A stretch of 64,000 nt of DNA from Octopus bimaculoides (taxonomy: Eukaryota), in contig NC_068988.1 in assembly GCF_001194135.2 (NCBI RefSeq), forward strand, positions 16,515,715 to 16,579,714, read 5' to 3'. A program made the position numbers and the translations under genes. Below the pieces are notes generated by a model that saw nothing but the letters and a program-made list of their open reading frames with translations, did no database searches and was not told where the DNA came from. Each line of letters starts with the position of its first letter. Within the stretch, counting starts at the first letter, position 1. Shown here piece by piece: positions 1 through 14,434 of this stretch.

Positions 1-384
1 TTTTTACCTCTACTCGGTTAGCTTCTGCTTTTCAGAATTAACTGGACTTATGGTAACTTTTCCTTTTCCCGACACAATCGTCTCACATCTTCTCGTGCTT
101 CTTTACGTATCGAACCTTGATAGGCTCTGCATTAATCACTACGCCTAGCTCTTTATTCATGGAGTATCGGCCCACTGGAATTCTATCCGATCACACATCT
201 TAGATTCCAGTTTTGAGTTATTCAGGTTCTTGAGAAGCATCTATGATATCAAACTTAACAGTCTCGGAGGGACTGAGCAGGGAAAAGTTACTGCATGTCC
301 AGCGAGTTGAAGCCAAACACACACATTCACCTACATGTATATATGTGTATAAGTATATATGCATATATGCAAACATACATACAC

Positions 385-600
385 ATACACAAATACACAC
401 ACATGACTGACCGTAGGATTGCACCTAGAAAGTTACCCTCCAAGGCAGAAGTCCAGGCATGGTTGTTTATGGAAGACCAGTCGTCGCCCATGCATACCGG
501 CCTCCCCTCTCCACGCTACCAGTGTCATCCAAGAGAAAGGCAAGGGGCCGATACAGCTTGGCACCTGTGACGTTGCAACTCATTTCTACAGCAGAGTGAA
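385..600 (-). mobile_element. Truncated tRNA-derived SINE body (octopus-type family C)
   Basis: GC-richer block (gcacctagaaagttaccctcc...gcaactcatttctacagc) next to a (CA/TA) tract; matches my recollection of a common octopus SINE body in reverse orientation. Confidence 0.5.
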
Positions 601-1681
601 TTGTGTGATTCTACACACCAAATATTACACCATCTCCAGTATAATATTTGCAGATTAAAAAAAGAAATGAAAAGAAACGCTGTATTTTGTGGTACTCCTT
701 AAGCTTCCAGCTATCTTAAATTCTTCAAAATAACCGTGGGATTTCCAGGAGTATTACTAGTGAAACATAATTTAAATTATAATAGGGCAAGCATCGACCG
801 GTTACAGGAAAACTCGAACGCACATATTAAATCTTTACATTTCACTATAATCTTTTAATATAGATTATTATGGTAACCCATGTTGATACGAACGATTAAT
901 GTGTTCACATGTTTAAACAGTCTACAGATATCACATGCTTGATGTGTTTTTATAGAGTTGAACAATAACATTGCATTAATAGCATGAAAATAGCTACCCA
1001 GTATCTAATTGAAGCATTTGTCAATACACAATATTATTATATCGAATGTATCATAGAAAAAGCTACACGAAGAAAGCAAGCGGTGATAAAGAATGTAAAA
1101 AAAGTATAATAAATGAATTACAAGTAAAACAAAAATCAAACACGAATGTTAGAAACCAACGTGAATTATTGATGCTCACAATATGTCATGCTGATTCGAA
1201 TCTATTCAAGTCATTTCTGCCTTCGGGAGATCATATATTCTATAGGAAATGTGGAAAGTTTTGAAAATGGGAGCATAAATGCGAGATAATATATGAAAAT
1301 TATTATAGATGTTAAAATTCACGATTTCTCCCTGTTATTTATATTACCATTACATTATTGTTAAAATGTAATACAAGTATCGAAGAACCTCATTTAATGT
1401 AATCCAGAGTAAAGATGATTCCATATGTATGAGTGTCCTACATTTTTTAAAGTTCAAATGCCAGTAGAATGAAATTTATTTTCTGTCTAATGTTATTGAA
1501 CAAGAAAAAAGAAATGCTTTATTTTTAATTAAGAATCCATAATAAATTCAAAACTATTTTCCCCATTTATGAGAAGTAATTTAAAATTCAAATAAGTTTC
1601 GTTCACGTTGGGAGTCCCTATATAGAAATAAATATCTTCGAATTTGCCTGGGGTCCATGGTGGCGATATTCATTGATCTTC

Positions 1682-1895
1682 AGGTGGCGAGCCGCCTGGA
1701 TCTTTAACATGCCCGGCTAAATGCTTAACAGCATGTTTCTGGTCTTCACATTCTGAGTTTAAATTACACCGATGTCGACTTGGACTTTAATCTTTTCGGG
1801 GTCGATAATATAAGTACCAGTTGAGTACTGGCGTCGATGAAATCGATTATCTCCCTCCTCTTTAATTTCTGGCCTTGTGACAAAATTTCAAATTA
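1682..1895 (+). mobile_element. CORE-type tRNA SINE (OR-like family A)
   Basis: Head ggtggcgagc, box-B-like ctgagtttaaatt, core gtcgacttgg...tcggggtcgataatataagtaccag; homologous to about 12 other copies in the window. Confidence 0.75.
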
Positions 1896-2160
1896 ATATT
1901 CTTTCATCTTCATTAGCTACTATTATCTAAACATAAAGATGACAACACAATAGTCAATGCGAGATTCTTAATATATTGCAGATCCTCAACTCAGCAACAC
2001 ACACATATATACATGCTGACATACATACACACTGTTTGTCGATTACTATGCAATAATACGATTCTATATATACATACATATATGTGTATAAATATGTGTG
2101 TATGTGTGTGGTAGGGTTATGCATATGTACGTGCGTATGTGTTAAAATTTCTCTCTATCT

Positions 2161-2470
2161 AAGGCTGCGAACAGCCAGAGTCGTTTTCACGCCGGGCAAA
2201 ATGCTTAGCGGCACTTCGTCCGTCTTTCGGTTCTGGGTTCAAATTCCACCAAGATCAACTTTTCCCGTCATCTTTCCAAAGTCGATAAAACAAGAACCAC
2301 TCGAGTACTAGGGTCGATGTACTCGAGTTAATACCTCCCCCGAATTTACTCTCCCTGCACCAAAATTTGATACCAATATTGATTGCAAATTTTGGTACAG
2401 GGCCTGCAACTTCAGGGAAGGGAATAAACCGATAATGGTACTTATTTTATAGATCTCGGCGGCATTAGAT
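2161..2470. mobile_element. Family A SINE (+, 2161-2380) joined tail-to-tail to a minus-strand SINE tail fragment
   Basis: aaatgcttagcggcacttcgtccg...gggttcaaattccacc, followed by the reversed tail tttggtacagggcctgcaacttc. Confidence 0.65.
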
Positions 2471-3792
2471 TTTATATAAGCATGTAGATGGGTGAATATT
2501 CGTTACGAGTTGGCGAGACTTGATCATCTATCGGTTATGCATTTAAATCACATAAGTTTGTGATTTAAAAATAATTGCATTTGCAATTATAAGTTTTTGA
2601 CATGTCGAGGTCCATAAATTGGGGGAAAGTAGCAGTTAAAATCCGCAATTCAGTTTCAATCGTAACACATTATTGAATCCCCTTTATGCAGCCATTACCC
2701 TGAGAAGAAACATAAATGCAAAGATTACTCGTTCTCCCTAGTCGGTTAAGGCTAATATTTTATTAAAGAGTACGAATCGTTACGAATAGTTCGGCAGACT
2801 GTTGTGAGTCTCCATTATTCCATACGTTTCTGAACTGAATTGTTTATTTCGTGTATTGATCATCAATTGATTGGTGCCTGCCAATCCTCAAACACACGAA
2901 CTTAGATTTAGTAGCAGTATCGTAAAGAATAAATTAGAATATATTATCATTATCTGATGTAAGATAGAAATTGACTAGAAACAGTGAAACATAATTTTAT
3001 AGTGCTCCTAGCATTTCGACATTTACTGCAATATATCGGACCTGTTAAACGCACAATTGTTCTCAAGACAGCTCATTAGATGCTATCATCCGCGGATACT
3101 ATTAACAAAACTTGAATTTAAGCGTTGGTTTTAAAAATCATTCATAGCCTCGCTTAATGTGTAGTAAATCTTGAAACCAGCAACGCAATGTTAATCTTAT
3201 GATTGCTATAAATTCATACTAAATTATCGAAAATAGCATTTATGTTTGCATATATGTATGTGCTGATGCCTATATGAATATGTGCATGTTCTTTTATCTA
3301 TCGAGGTTTTTCTCATAATTCAAGTTGATCACTAAAAAATTGACAGGAAGTTTTTTCTTGAGTCAAAACTGCTCCAGTATTTTTTTTTACATATGCCTGT
3401 ATGAATATGTATGTATAAACTCAAGTATGTATGTATGTATGTATGTATGTATGTATGCCAGAATCACTTGAAAATCAAGTTGTATTGCTCCTCTGGGTAT
3501 TTGTTCTCCGTTTTTGCACTCTGCACTAAAAGCAGCTAAACTACTTTCCTACAGTGCGGGACTCAAAAATAAAGTACCAATCATGTACTTTGGTAGATTC
3601 TTATCCCACTTCCTTTTTTTCCTGACTCCGCCGGAAAAACTATGGGAAAAGATTCAAATCATCAGTTGCCCCTAAATTGTGAGTAGTTGAACAACAAACA
3701 CGCAGCACTTTTCATGAACTAAATGATATAATATTGAAACCGTTCGAGCATTCCGAGTAACAAAAACAACTAGAAACAACAACAACAATAAT

Positions 3793-3945
3793 GGATTCAA
3801 ATGTGTGCATAAGGCCTGCAATTTTAAGTGATGGGGTAGGTCAATTGCATCAACTCCAGGACTCATCTGATATTAATTCTATTAAACCCGAATGGATGAA
3901 AGCAAAACTGACCTTGGCGGCATATGACCATAGAACGTATATGCT
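3793..3945 (-). mobile_element. Family A SINE fragment
   Basis: ggatgaaagcaaaactgaccttggcggc is the reverse complement of the core; this accounts for ORFs 3672-3866 and 3791-3976. Confidence 0.65.
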
Positions 3946-4329
3946 GCAAGAAATGCCGCAAATGGAGAAATATTAAAATGTGTGCTTCCTGTCATCCTTC
4001 AAATTTCAGAAATATTAATTTCGTTTAACAAAACTGAGCTTAATTCTCTTATAACAATCCATGACTTTACTTCTGATATTATCCCTAGTATCATATGGAA
4101 ATAGTCTGTATATTATGACAACTATTTCGTATCTGAAACGAGAAAAGTTTGAACTCATTATATCCATCTGTTTGCATAAAAGTGACAAGTAATTGCATTT
4201 CAAAAGAAACAGACATCATACTGCCAACTAACTATTGTAGGATAGTTTTTCTCCTCATTGCTTCAAAGCCGTAAAACAAGTTAATTTTAAATCGTCGTCT
4301 AGCAAATGTTGAACAGATTCTAATGAAAA

Positions 4330-5360
4330 ATTAAAATGGGTTTGTCCTGCCAAATCAACCTTGATTCAGATATTGATAATTCGATGGATCATTGCAAAAA
4401 TAACTAATTTCAATGAAGAAGCGATATTAATATTTGTGAATATTAAATAGGCTTTCCATTATGTTCATTGAATGAAAATATTTGAGAGACTCTAGCTATA
4501 AAGTATGCCTTAGCAGATTATTGATGCCATTACATTGCTTTACAGATATTGAATCTTCCCTGTTCACACTTCTGGTGGTGAAACAGAGATTTCTTTTCTG
4601 ATTGCAGGAATTTTTTATGGTGTTACTTAAGCACACTTCGTTTCTATCAAGATTATATACTTCGAGTGCCGCTATATACGTTAAATAGTAAACGTTGCCT
4701 GCCTCAAACTACCCATGCATAAATGAAACTGCAGCAAATTTTTCAGATGATCTTGTATTAATTGCTAATACGTTTCATGAGACTACACAGAAAATATTAA
4801 TGTCTCTTATGACTGCAGTGTATCGCGTAGGGTTCAGCCTAAAGGGCTATAACTATAATAACTTCGAATTTAACACTAAAAGAAGATACAATTCAACAAA
4901 ATTAAAGTCTTAAGAGTTAATATTCTTAATTACGTGGATTATTTTAAAAGCTAAGGCTCGTAATGTATTTAGAAATGTAGCTAGTTTTAGTCGTTACAAT
5001 TTAGGAGTTCTAATGCCATTTGTACTCTGAGTTAGTTGTGCTGTATGACTAATAGATATGAACTCATCATACCAGATATAAAGATAAAGCAAGCGGTTAT
5101 TTGAACGCGTCTTCTGTGTACCAACACACCGTAGAAAAGAAATGCAACACTAGCACTAAATGTGGGTATTTTGTTCCACATCTCACAAACAGTGAGTCAG
5201 CATAGAATAAAGTTTGGTGAATGGAATTTCAGAGTAAAAAGTGAGCTAGCGCCATTATTTTCTCAAAGTGGTCATATTATTTGTGGAAAACTACAAAAAC
5301 ACCTGTACGTTTGTCCCTGCGAAAAGTTCAGTGCAGTATCTGCGATATCGTGATGTGATG
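4330..5360 (+). pseudogene. Decayed RTE-clade LINE reverse transcriptase
   Basis: Broken frames give IFVNIK*AFHYVH (cf. FVDFKKAFDSVH), GGETEISFLIAG (cf. DGETDFFEITAG) and NFSDDLVLIAN (cf. YADDIALL), followed by C-terminal RTE-like sequence; many stops. Confidence 0.75.
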
Positions 5361-6999
5361 TGATTATTTACTCTGTAGAATAAGTTGTGAATTATATGTT
5401 GGAGAAGTGTTGGAAGGATGTATGTAGAATAACATAAAAGACTATAAATTCTACAACAAAGGGAGGACGGATGGAGTAAACGGAGATAACACTACAGCGT
5501 CAAAACACTATACTGCACACACCGTGGGAACATGGCGTTGCATACGTTGATGATGGAGATAATGAGGTTGATGACGGCAGTGAAAACAGTTTACAAAAAT
5601 GAGTTCCACTCGAGCTTAAAACGTTTATATTTACAAGGCAAAGCAAAATGGATAGCAATGTAATATTAAAAGCAGAATAATTTCGTGGAAGCGTATAGAG
5701 AGCGAAATTATCACAAGGGAATATCTTGTCTAACAGTATGAATACCGCACTTACGTGTATATCCCACCTCAATAAATAGCTCAGCCGCTTCAGTAAGGAA
5801 AAGATATCAGATGGCCATAGGGAATGATAAAATCCTAGAAATCTCAAACATCTAGCAGTAATAATAATTACACATAGCGTAATAGCAAAATTATTTGATA
5901 GCATATTGGAAGAGAAAAATGAACAAACAAATTATTCAAGTCTGCTTCACTGACTGGAAAATCTGGCATAGAAAAAAGGAAACAAGAAATCATAAAATAC
6001 GACAAATCTACAATATTTTGGTTTCCGAAAGCTTATTTAACTACAAAAACTGTGTTGATGATAATATCTAAATACAGAAATTGGTAATAAACAAATAGAC
6101 GAAATAATAAAAAAAAACCTACCTTTTTGCCAAAAAGGCAATAGCAAACAAATGTTCTCAAAGTAGGACTTTCTGAGTTCTGTATGGACTTTTCCATGAT
6201 CCAAGATTTGATGATGAAATCTTAAAGTAACAGCAATAACAAGCAATTGCAATTAAACTCGGCATGAGCAAATTGTAAAGGGTTATGTAGACATACACAA
6301 AAATAACGGGAAGCTAAAAAAAAAAAAAATACCCAATTGCTACTAGAAAAATATTCCAGTGTGGTTTTATCTCTCTACCTATTTTTGATTTGCGCTCAAA
6401 TCAAAAAAGGATAAAAACTAAACTAGATTGCGTGCAGACAAAGAGCTATGGAATGAAAATCAACCATCTTTTGTATAAGAATAGCTTGGAGTTGTACCAT
6501 TGGTATTGGATGTGGCTTAGAAAAGAGAGTCAACGTAACCTTGAAGAAAGGAAAAGGAGATACGGACACTAAATCTATGTTATATCAAACAAAAATGATA
6601 AAAAAAAAATATTAGACAAAATACGTAAGTGAAATATTAATGTTTCACACAATGTACAACAGAAAATAAGGAAAATGTTAGGGTGTAACAGATCTGAATT
6701 GTAAAGAAAGTCAGATGACGAGTATCAGTACTGTAGCTTTTTAAATGATGAGTGATAATATTTTCAAATGGGCGGTAAGTGATTTGTCGACAAAAAATCA
6801 GAAAGGAAACATTAAATGACACGCACACATACACACAGACAGACAGGCTCACGCGCGCACACTCACACACACACATACACACATAAGAAAACAGATTCTA
6901 GTTAAAGTAACAACTAAACAAAAGATTTAAGGGCTCTTTGCAATCGTAAACAGTTTAAAACTATTTAATAGAAGTCAGAAAATATCGAATAAACTACAA

Positions 7000-8140
7000 C
7001 ATAAACGTTTACGAATATGAGCAGGCAGTATTCCAAAAGGAGCGATATGCACGGAGCAAAGAACTACATTGCTAACGGTCATCGAACACTCACTGAAATG
7101 AAAGACCTAGATGTACGTGACATTTATCGATTATGGGAAGGCATCTAATAGCATACACTGTGCAGATCGCTTTGAAATGTTGGTATCAGAGACAAAACTA
7201 TTACTTCGTTTCGAGAAGTTACAAGTATAAGCATGACACGATAAACACCATAAGTTGTACGTTATAGAATTCGGACACAACCATTCAGTGTTCTCATGGC
7301 GTGAAGCGAGGACGTCTACTATTTATCGCTGCTTTTCTTGTGGCAGCTGAATTGTTTGCGTAATGAAAGAAGTAACCGAATTACAACCCAGAGTTGCACA
7401 ATCGTCCCTATTCAACAATCTAGAAGATATCGACTTCTCCGATAACGTCCCGGTGTTGCATTGACAGGCAAGAGAAGGTCCAAGTAATGAGGTTAGCATC
7501 TATGAAAATTGCCATGAACACCAAAATTGAGGTGAAAGAAAGACGGGATAGTGCATGCAGGCAATGATATCAGGTTCACAGTCAGAACAGATGGAAGTGA
7601 AGATGTCAGTCATGTGACATAGTTGGGAAGCGTTGTCAATGAAAAAGGTGGAATAGATCATCATTTAAAAGCAAGGATTGCAAAGCTACAGTTGCCTTCA
7701 AGATGTTCAGACGTTCCCAAACATCACAGCCTGCTTTAAGTAAAACAAATTTCAGTCTTTAACATCGACATTGAGACTTTTCCCCTGTAACCATGAAGAG
7801 TCTGAGTAAGTTTGCCCTCAACAAGTTTCCGGAACATCCTTCAGGTAAAGTAGCAAGATAGACCCACAAATAGCCTTATGAGAATGGACGTACCAGCAAA
7901 CTAGCGAAATGAATATTAGGAGGAGACAATGGGTTGGCTGGGGTGCAAACCTACGGAAACTCTATCTAGTAATACAATTCAAACCTTCCAATAGACAACT
8001 CAAGAGGGACGGAATTGTAACAGACCAAAAACAACATGGGGAAGGTGTACCTTAGCTGAAACAGTGGCAGGCATTTACCTGGGAAGAAATGCATACTGTT
8101 GCCAATGCTCCACGTGGAATGAAAGGAATTTAGAAGAAGC
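7000..8140 (+). pseudogene. Decayed RTE (BovB/SR2-like) LINE RT and 3' region
   Basis: YVTFIDYGKASNSI, LFNNLEDIDFSDNV (cf. LEDLDFADDI) and TWEEMHTVA (cf. TWGEAKKLA); stops and frameshifts throughout. Confidence 0.75.
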
Positions 8141-11100
8141 TATGAAACTGCGTTAGCAAACTGATACAAACAATCCAAAACACCGAAAAACACATGCTCT
8201 ATCTCCTTCCCTTTCTTGCAAGCACACACAAACATGATCTCTCTCTCCCCATCTCTCTCACTCGCTGTCTTTCTCTGTAGCTCACTCATTCACACATATA
8301 AAACAGTTTTTGTCTTAAAGCAATCCACCGAGTTCAAAAGAGTAGCTAAAGTGGCAGACTGTTGATAAGAAATTGTGAAAAAGCGAAAATCTAAGAAAAA
8401 CATTTTGCAAAGCTAACATGATAACAAAAACCTCTGAAAAATTTGGACAGAGGAAAAATTTATGAATAAACATCGCAACACTAGCTAAGAGTAAAGAGTT
8501 TTATTATGGCTGAATAGAATCAAAATCTTCCAACAAGAAATTAAAGCATGTAGTTAAGCATTGCGCATTAAGTAACCGCAACAAATATGTGAGGTTTTAA
8601 AGAAGCAATTAATTACATTGTCACTATTTTCCTGTTTAGTGAAAAGGTCCTTCATAGGTCGGGATGCCTGTCGGTTCTAATAAACGACAGAACAAAATAG
8701 GTGGCATATTACATGCTTGATAAATCTCACAGGTTGATAAAGCACGGAATATGTCACAGCATACTTTGTATGCATTTAGGGTAACTGATCACCGTTTGTC
8801 GCAAGGAGCACAAGGGAAAAAATTATTCAGATAATAATGCATACCTATTAGAAATAAACATGCATTATCGTCAGATATGTATGTTCTAAAAATGGAAAGG
8901 AAATGGAAGAAAAAAAAACTTATGTTAATATAGATTTGAATTGTACATCACTGAATGTTTAATTTTCAAATCACTGTTACAAGTGGCGACAAAAAGATGC
9001 AGATAAATAATGTTTCATACACTTGATACAAAGTCACAAAGGTTTTACGCAGGAGCATGGTCTACAGTTTATACTGCAGTCGGTCACTGATACACGCTAA
9101 CGAATTTAGTCAAAGATAATAACAGCATACCAGTGATGTTGACATTGTATTCGACTACAGTATAGCACTGGTATTTGATCTCAGATGGTAAGCATACATA
9201 ACTTTATAGCTGAAAGTATTTTGACAAGTACTCCATCAAATTTGTCGATGACCATCCGTCATTGATAGCCAACGTAGGCACAAAACTATACTTTTGGATG
9301 GAACCTGTGAATTGGCAGCCTTTTACAATGTTTTACAATGTTAGAATGAGCGTCTGGTGGTATTTGATCTGATTATCCGTTCTGTAATTTACGCCAAAGC
9401 CAACTTAATCTGACACTCTTTAGAGTTCGATAGACAATGAAAGTAGGGGCATTAGATTAGTGGAATTTAAAAATTGTCGAACGGAATGCCATATAGAAGT
9501 GTTCCAGCTTTCTTCATCTTGAGTCAAGTTCTCGAATAGATACCGAAAAAGTACCATCGCATAACTGAAGTCGTGGTAAGTAACACAACACTCTAGAAAC
9601 AACAGCCAACATTAAATAGATTCTGAAGTGTGATATCGAGTAAAACTTTCCTCCAGAACCTTTCTCTTTATTCCGTTAGAAAGACGTGATCTTGTGACAG
9701 GAAATATGTAGTCAATTTAATGAACTTCAATGTAAATTTTAATGAAAATTACATGTCAACTTACTAATGCAATGCTACAAAAGCTATACTCCTGTGAAAT
9801 ATTCATATTACAAAGAAAACTCGAATGGTGTAAAGTGCGGGTTTGGATTGGGCTGTTTTACGAAAAGTGAGCCGATTAATTCTTACATTTACAAAACATC
9901 TCAATATATTTTGACTTTCCTGAAAGAGAGTATTTGTCCTGTGATTCAATGTAGGCTATCCATACCTTGGAATTTCGTGTTTGAATATTTGCATAGATGA
10001 AAAAATTAGATGTATTATTATATACAAAAATGCGATTTATGAGTTAACAGTTCCCCGAAAAATCAAACTTCATCACTCACCAGAGTTAACTTCAATTCCT
10101 TGGAGTTATTCAAAATGTTGCAGTGCATAGAACAAATAATATTTTAGAACCTGAAAGACTTCAGAGTATAGTAGTAGCATAAGTTTTAAAAATGAACGAA
10201 AAATAAGAAAATGCTTCCTTATATGAAATATGAAACAAAACAATAGAAATTAATTCAGGTTTTAGAAATCCTCTCAAAATAGCCAATCTAAAAATGTTGC
10301 ACACATGAAGTGCCGTTATCGTGTTTTATTAAGCCTGAATAGCTTTGTTATTAATTTTAGAATTATTACTCATAAGTTGATGAACATTCTTAATAATGCA
10401 ACAGCAAACACTTGGCTCGATTAATTTAGAAAACAGCATGGCGTAAATTATCAATTTCATTTCAAGATTCCTTCTACTGCGGTAAGCATCATTAAGCTTC
10501 GCATGTATTCGATGATTCTGCTAGATAGAATTTGCTGTTTTACCGAAAGGTGTCGTTAAAATTTCGATAACAAGATATGCGGGTAACATTCACGTTATAC
10601 TCTCATGGACAATTGCATGGCTGAATTAAGTACACAAGGATGGAAAAAATTGCTTTTAATTAAAGAAATTGCAGAGGTATAAATTTTCCAGTCTTAAATC
10701 ATTAAAATGACACGAGAAAAGCTAAGTAGTACGATTTGCTTTTTCATAATTAAAAAGAAACATTCAGAGATAGAAACCTGGTACTACATACGATTTTTTA
10801 CAAATGTGTAAGCTTTACATCACTGCTCTTATCTCGCTCTATGTGTTCTTTACATTATAATATATGTATTATATATAATAACATATAATTGGTAAGTTTT
10901 ACCTCTGAACAAAATACGCAATAAAGTACCGTGAAGATGAAATCAACTTAAGTTATATATATCTTAAACAGATTTAAATATGTGGTAGAGTTCCGAGCGT
11001 AGCGATTTAGGATAATGTACCGGTAGTTAAGCTGATTAAGTGGCACAGAGAATCAGATGAGGGGTCCGGCATTCAATGTGCTATGATGTGTCATTGGAGC

Positions 11101-12267
11101 TATCACATAACTGTCATTTTCTCAACGTAAAGAAGAGCAAGTCGATCTAAGTAGCAAGACTGCAAATGATCTGATGAGCGAATTATCAGCTTTCTCTACC
11201 AAGTTTAATTCTTCATTCGGGAGAAGACCTTCGTCATTTTACGACGTACTATGCAATAAAAATATATCACCTATTCTCTTAACACTATGAAAACGGACCT
11301 CATTGATCATTGTATCCCATGCTTTACATGTGATCCAAAAACTATGAGATGACATTGAATAATTTGCAGTTTCTTTTTTATTAGTTTATTCTTCATGATT
11401 TCGTTGTCCTCCTTGTTTCTGTCATTCATGTAATCATATTTTTATTGTGCATTCCATTCCTAAACATAAACTTCTTTCAGCCTAGTAAAAACAGATTTAT
11501 TCAATGGTTTGGCTTTTGTAATTTGTGTCCTTTGTATTTATAGTAATCTATATAATATATCTTACAGAGCTCAATGGTTACACACACACATAGACACACA
11601 CACACACGCACACACACGCATATATAATGTGTATGGGTGTGTATTGGTAAGTGTGTGTGGATAAGTAAATTGCTATAAACAATGAACACATACAAAAAAT
11701 ATATATTCATGTTGTCCAAATATAGAACAAATATAGCAAGAATAAACCAATGACCCAGAAATGTTTATCTGCGTAATTCAAATAAAATTAAAAGTTAAAA
11801 GCATAATAAACATCATGTAATGATTATACTTAACTAATTTAGAATAATGTTTATTTTCGCATTGCTCCGTAACGGGTCAAACCATATGCTATTGAACGTA
11901 TTATGTGCTTTACTAAAAATACCAAAATGTGGGAAAACACACAGCATATAAATTTTTTTTATTTACAATTTTCAAATGAATGGGTAATTTAAATTTGTGA
12001 CGCCAGTATATTCAATAGAGGCTTGTATTTTCCAATTTTAAAATATTTATTTATATACATACATACATACTGTGTACATTTATATGGACTTCTGTGATCT
12101 TTTTTTTCTGGGTCTAGACAGTGTAAAAATGAAAGATTAAATCTGCGAGGAATCAAAGAGCAAATCAAAGTATATTATGTATTGAAAATTGGTTTTATTT
12201 TGACTGTGAGAGAAAGCAGAATCAGCATCAATATGAACAATAACAAATATTGTGAACAAAGAGGAAA

Positions 12268-12271
<4 letters not shown>

Positions 12272-12323
<52 letters not shown>
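12272..12323. repeat. (AT)n microsatellite
   Basis: Pure AT dinucleotide run. Confidence 0.95.
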
Positions 12324-12326
<3 letters not shown>

Positions 12327-12672
12327 GCACACAAATGAAGAACCGATTTATTCTGATTTTGCTGTTTGCAGAATGTCAGCATGTTAAAAGCGTGTCTGAC
12401 CATTACTTAATGTTGGTCATTATCAATTTTCAACACAGAGTGTAAGCCGGTATAGTGTTATAACGAAAGAGAACCATAAGTGATGATAATAATAATAATA
12501 ATGAACGAAAAAGGCATCAGAGGTGCGATGCATACCCTGTGCACATGTGACCTACATGCGTTGCTTACCCATACTTTTAATTTAGCTGAGTTAATTATTT
12601 TTTTAAAGTACTTCTATTCCGGGAAAATTCAGAAATGAGCTCGTAAATAAACGAAACCCTCGAATCCATCAG

Positions 12673-12697
12673 TGAACACACACACACACGTAAGCGT

Positions 12698-12733
<36 letters not shown>

Positions 12734-13205
12734 ACAAACACATGCACACAGAGTATGTATGTACGCACACTCGTCTAAGCGCATAAGCCATGATCTATAC
12801 TCACGCAGTCGAGGGTCAGTTCATATGCAAAAGAAAGTAAAAAGAAAAATATATAATATGACCACTTGCTTATGAGGAAATTTGTGACTTCGATTTAATT
12901 TTTTTTTAAATATCACCGTTATAGGTATTTATGCTGCCGTGAAATTAAGAAATGAAGTCGTGTATAAACGAATATTTCACTGTACATACACACATACGCA
13001 CTCACACACGCATACGCACACACACATACGCACACACACACAGATAGTCGCATATCTATGTATGTATGCACCCACACGTGTCAATGCGCGAAGCTACACC
13101 ATGATCTATACACACGCTAATTCATATGGAAAAGAAAATGAACAAGATAATATGACCACGTGCTTATCGGAAAATTCGTAAGTTCAATTATTTTTAATTT
13201 AAGAG
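12673..13205 (+). repeat. Old diverged tandem duplication (two units of about 230 bp, each starting with a CA tract)
   Basis: Both units carry ccatgatctatac...ttcatatg.aaaagaaa...ataatatgaccac.tgcttat..gaaa.tt (about 12790-12890 and 13098-13180). Confidence 0.7.
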
Positions 13206-13387
13206 AAATTTTCTTTTAAAGGTAATCAAACTAAATGTTCATCATTTCGAATAATTCACCCAATGAGCATTTCTGGCAAATGTGGTGAAAATTCATTCAG
13301 CCGCTTTCCAGTAATTTTGCAAACCCGCAGACAAACACACTAAGACAAATGTGTACAACACCCTGCTTTTGCTTACGGACACAGGAT

Positions 13388-13520
13388 AATAATAATTTGT
13401 CTACTATAGGCACCAAGCCTGCAATTTGTAGGAGGAGTGATTACTAGACTTGATTACATCGACCACAGTAATCAACTGGTCTTATTTCGCCGGCGCCAAA
13501 AGGATGATGATGCAAGACTG
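13388..13520 (-). mobile_element. Family A SINE 3' half
   Basis: ttgattacatcgaccacagtaatcaactggtc, preceded by the reversed tail and (AAT)n. Confidence 0.6.
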
Positions 13521-13559
13521 GGGACATAAGAGCAGAACATCGTCTCGTGCATGCGTAAC

Positions 13560-13900
13560 GTCTAAACACAATCGACCACACAAACACTGGATTCGGTCAA
13601 CTGGCACTCTCGGAGCACTTGCTATCAAAGGACAGGACAGCTAAATACACACACTGGTCACTATTCCTCGCATATACTCTCCCTTACAAAGATAACCGGA
13701 AGACACCTCAAAATGTCTAGAATACTGACGTTATCAGCGTTAGGAATATAAGCATACAGACTAGTCTGGAATTTTGAGCTAAATGACGAGATATCAGTGA
13801 GAAAAATCAAATTGAAAAGACACCGTTTGATGTACGTTGCAGACCCAGCTCACAAACCTCCCACAAAATAAGTGAATGGCAAAAAATCATACACTTGATA
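13560..13900 (+). pseudogene. RTE LINE C-terminal relic
   Basis: ISEKIKLKRHRL (cf. VSEKIRxRRLRFAGH), preceded by a degenerate ...YTRMLR.AL.I-like segment. Confidence 0.45.
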
Positions 13901-14109
13901 ACCACACATAGTTTACCTAAATTCCTCTAGATCTAAACACTAGCATATTTAGGCTTATTGTAAAATTTCCATAGATAATTCTTTAATATCATACTAGTAT
14001 AAACGTTTTCAGTTGCATTTTACTTCATCTCGACTTTTCTTGACGTTTGTGATTGAGACACGCCTGCAGCTTGTTTAATTAAAACAAAAGCAAATGATTA
14101 AAAAAAATA

Positions 14110-14381
14110 ATAATAATCTTTCTAAATTTGGTACTAAGTCAACAATTTCAAGGAGATAGTAAAATCGATTATATCATCCTTAGTGATTAATTGGTAGTAA
14201 CTTTATCGCTCACCAAATGAATGAAAGATAAATTGGACCTCGCTGAAATTGAACTCGGAAATTTTAACAAAGAGCCAGAAGCAATGTCATTAAAACTATT
14301 TTCCGACATGTAAAGGTTCTTCCAATAATAATAATAATGATGATGATGATGATGATGATGATTATGACAACAACAATGATG

Positions 14382-14434
<53 letters not shown>

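Noticed and set aside
5500-5904. 134-aa hydrophobic ORF on the minus strand
   Set aside because: It has no recognisable domain or splice context; hydrophobic composition is expected from the T-rich strand.
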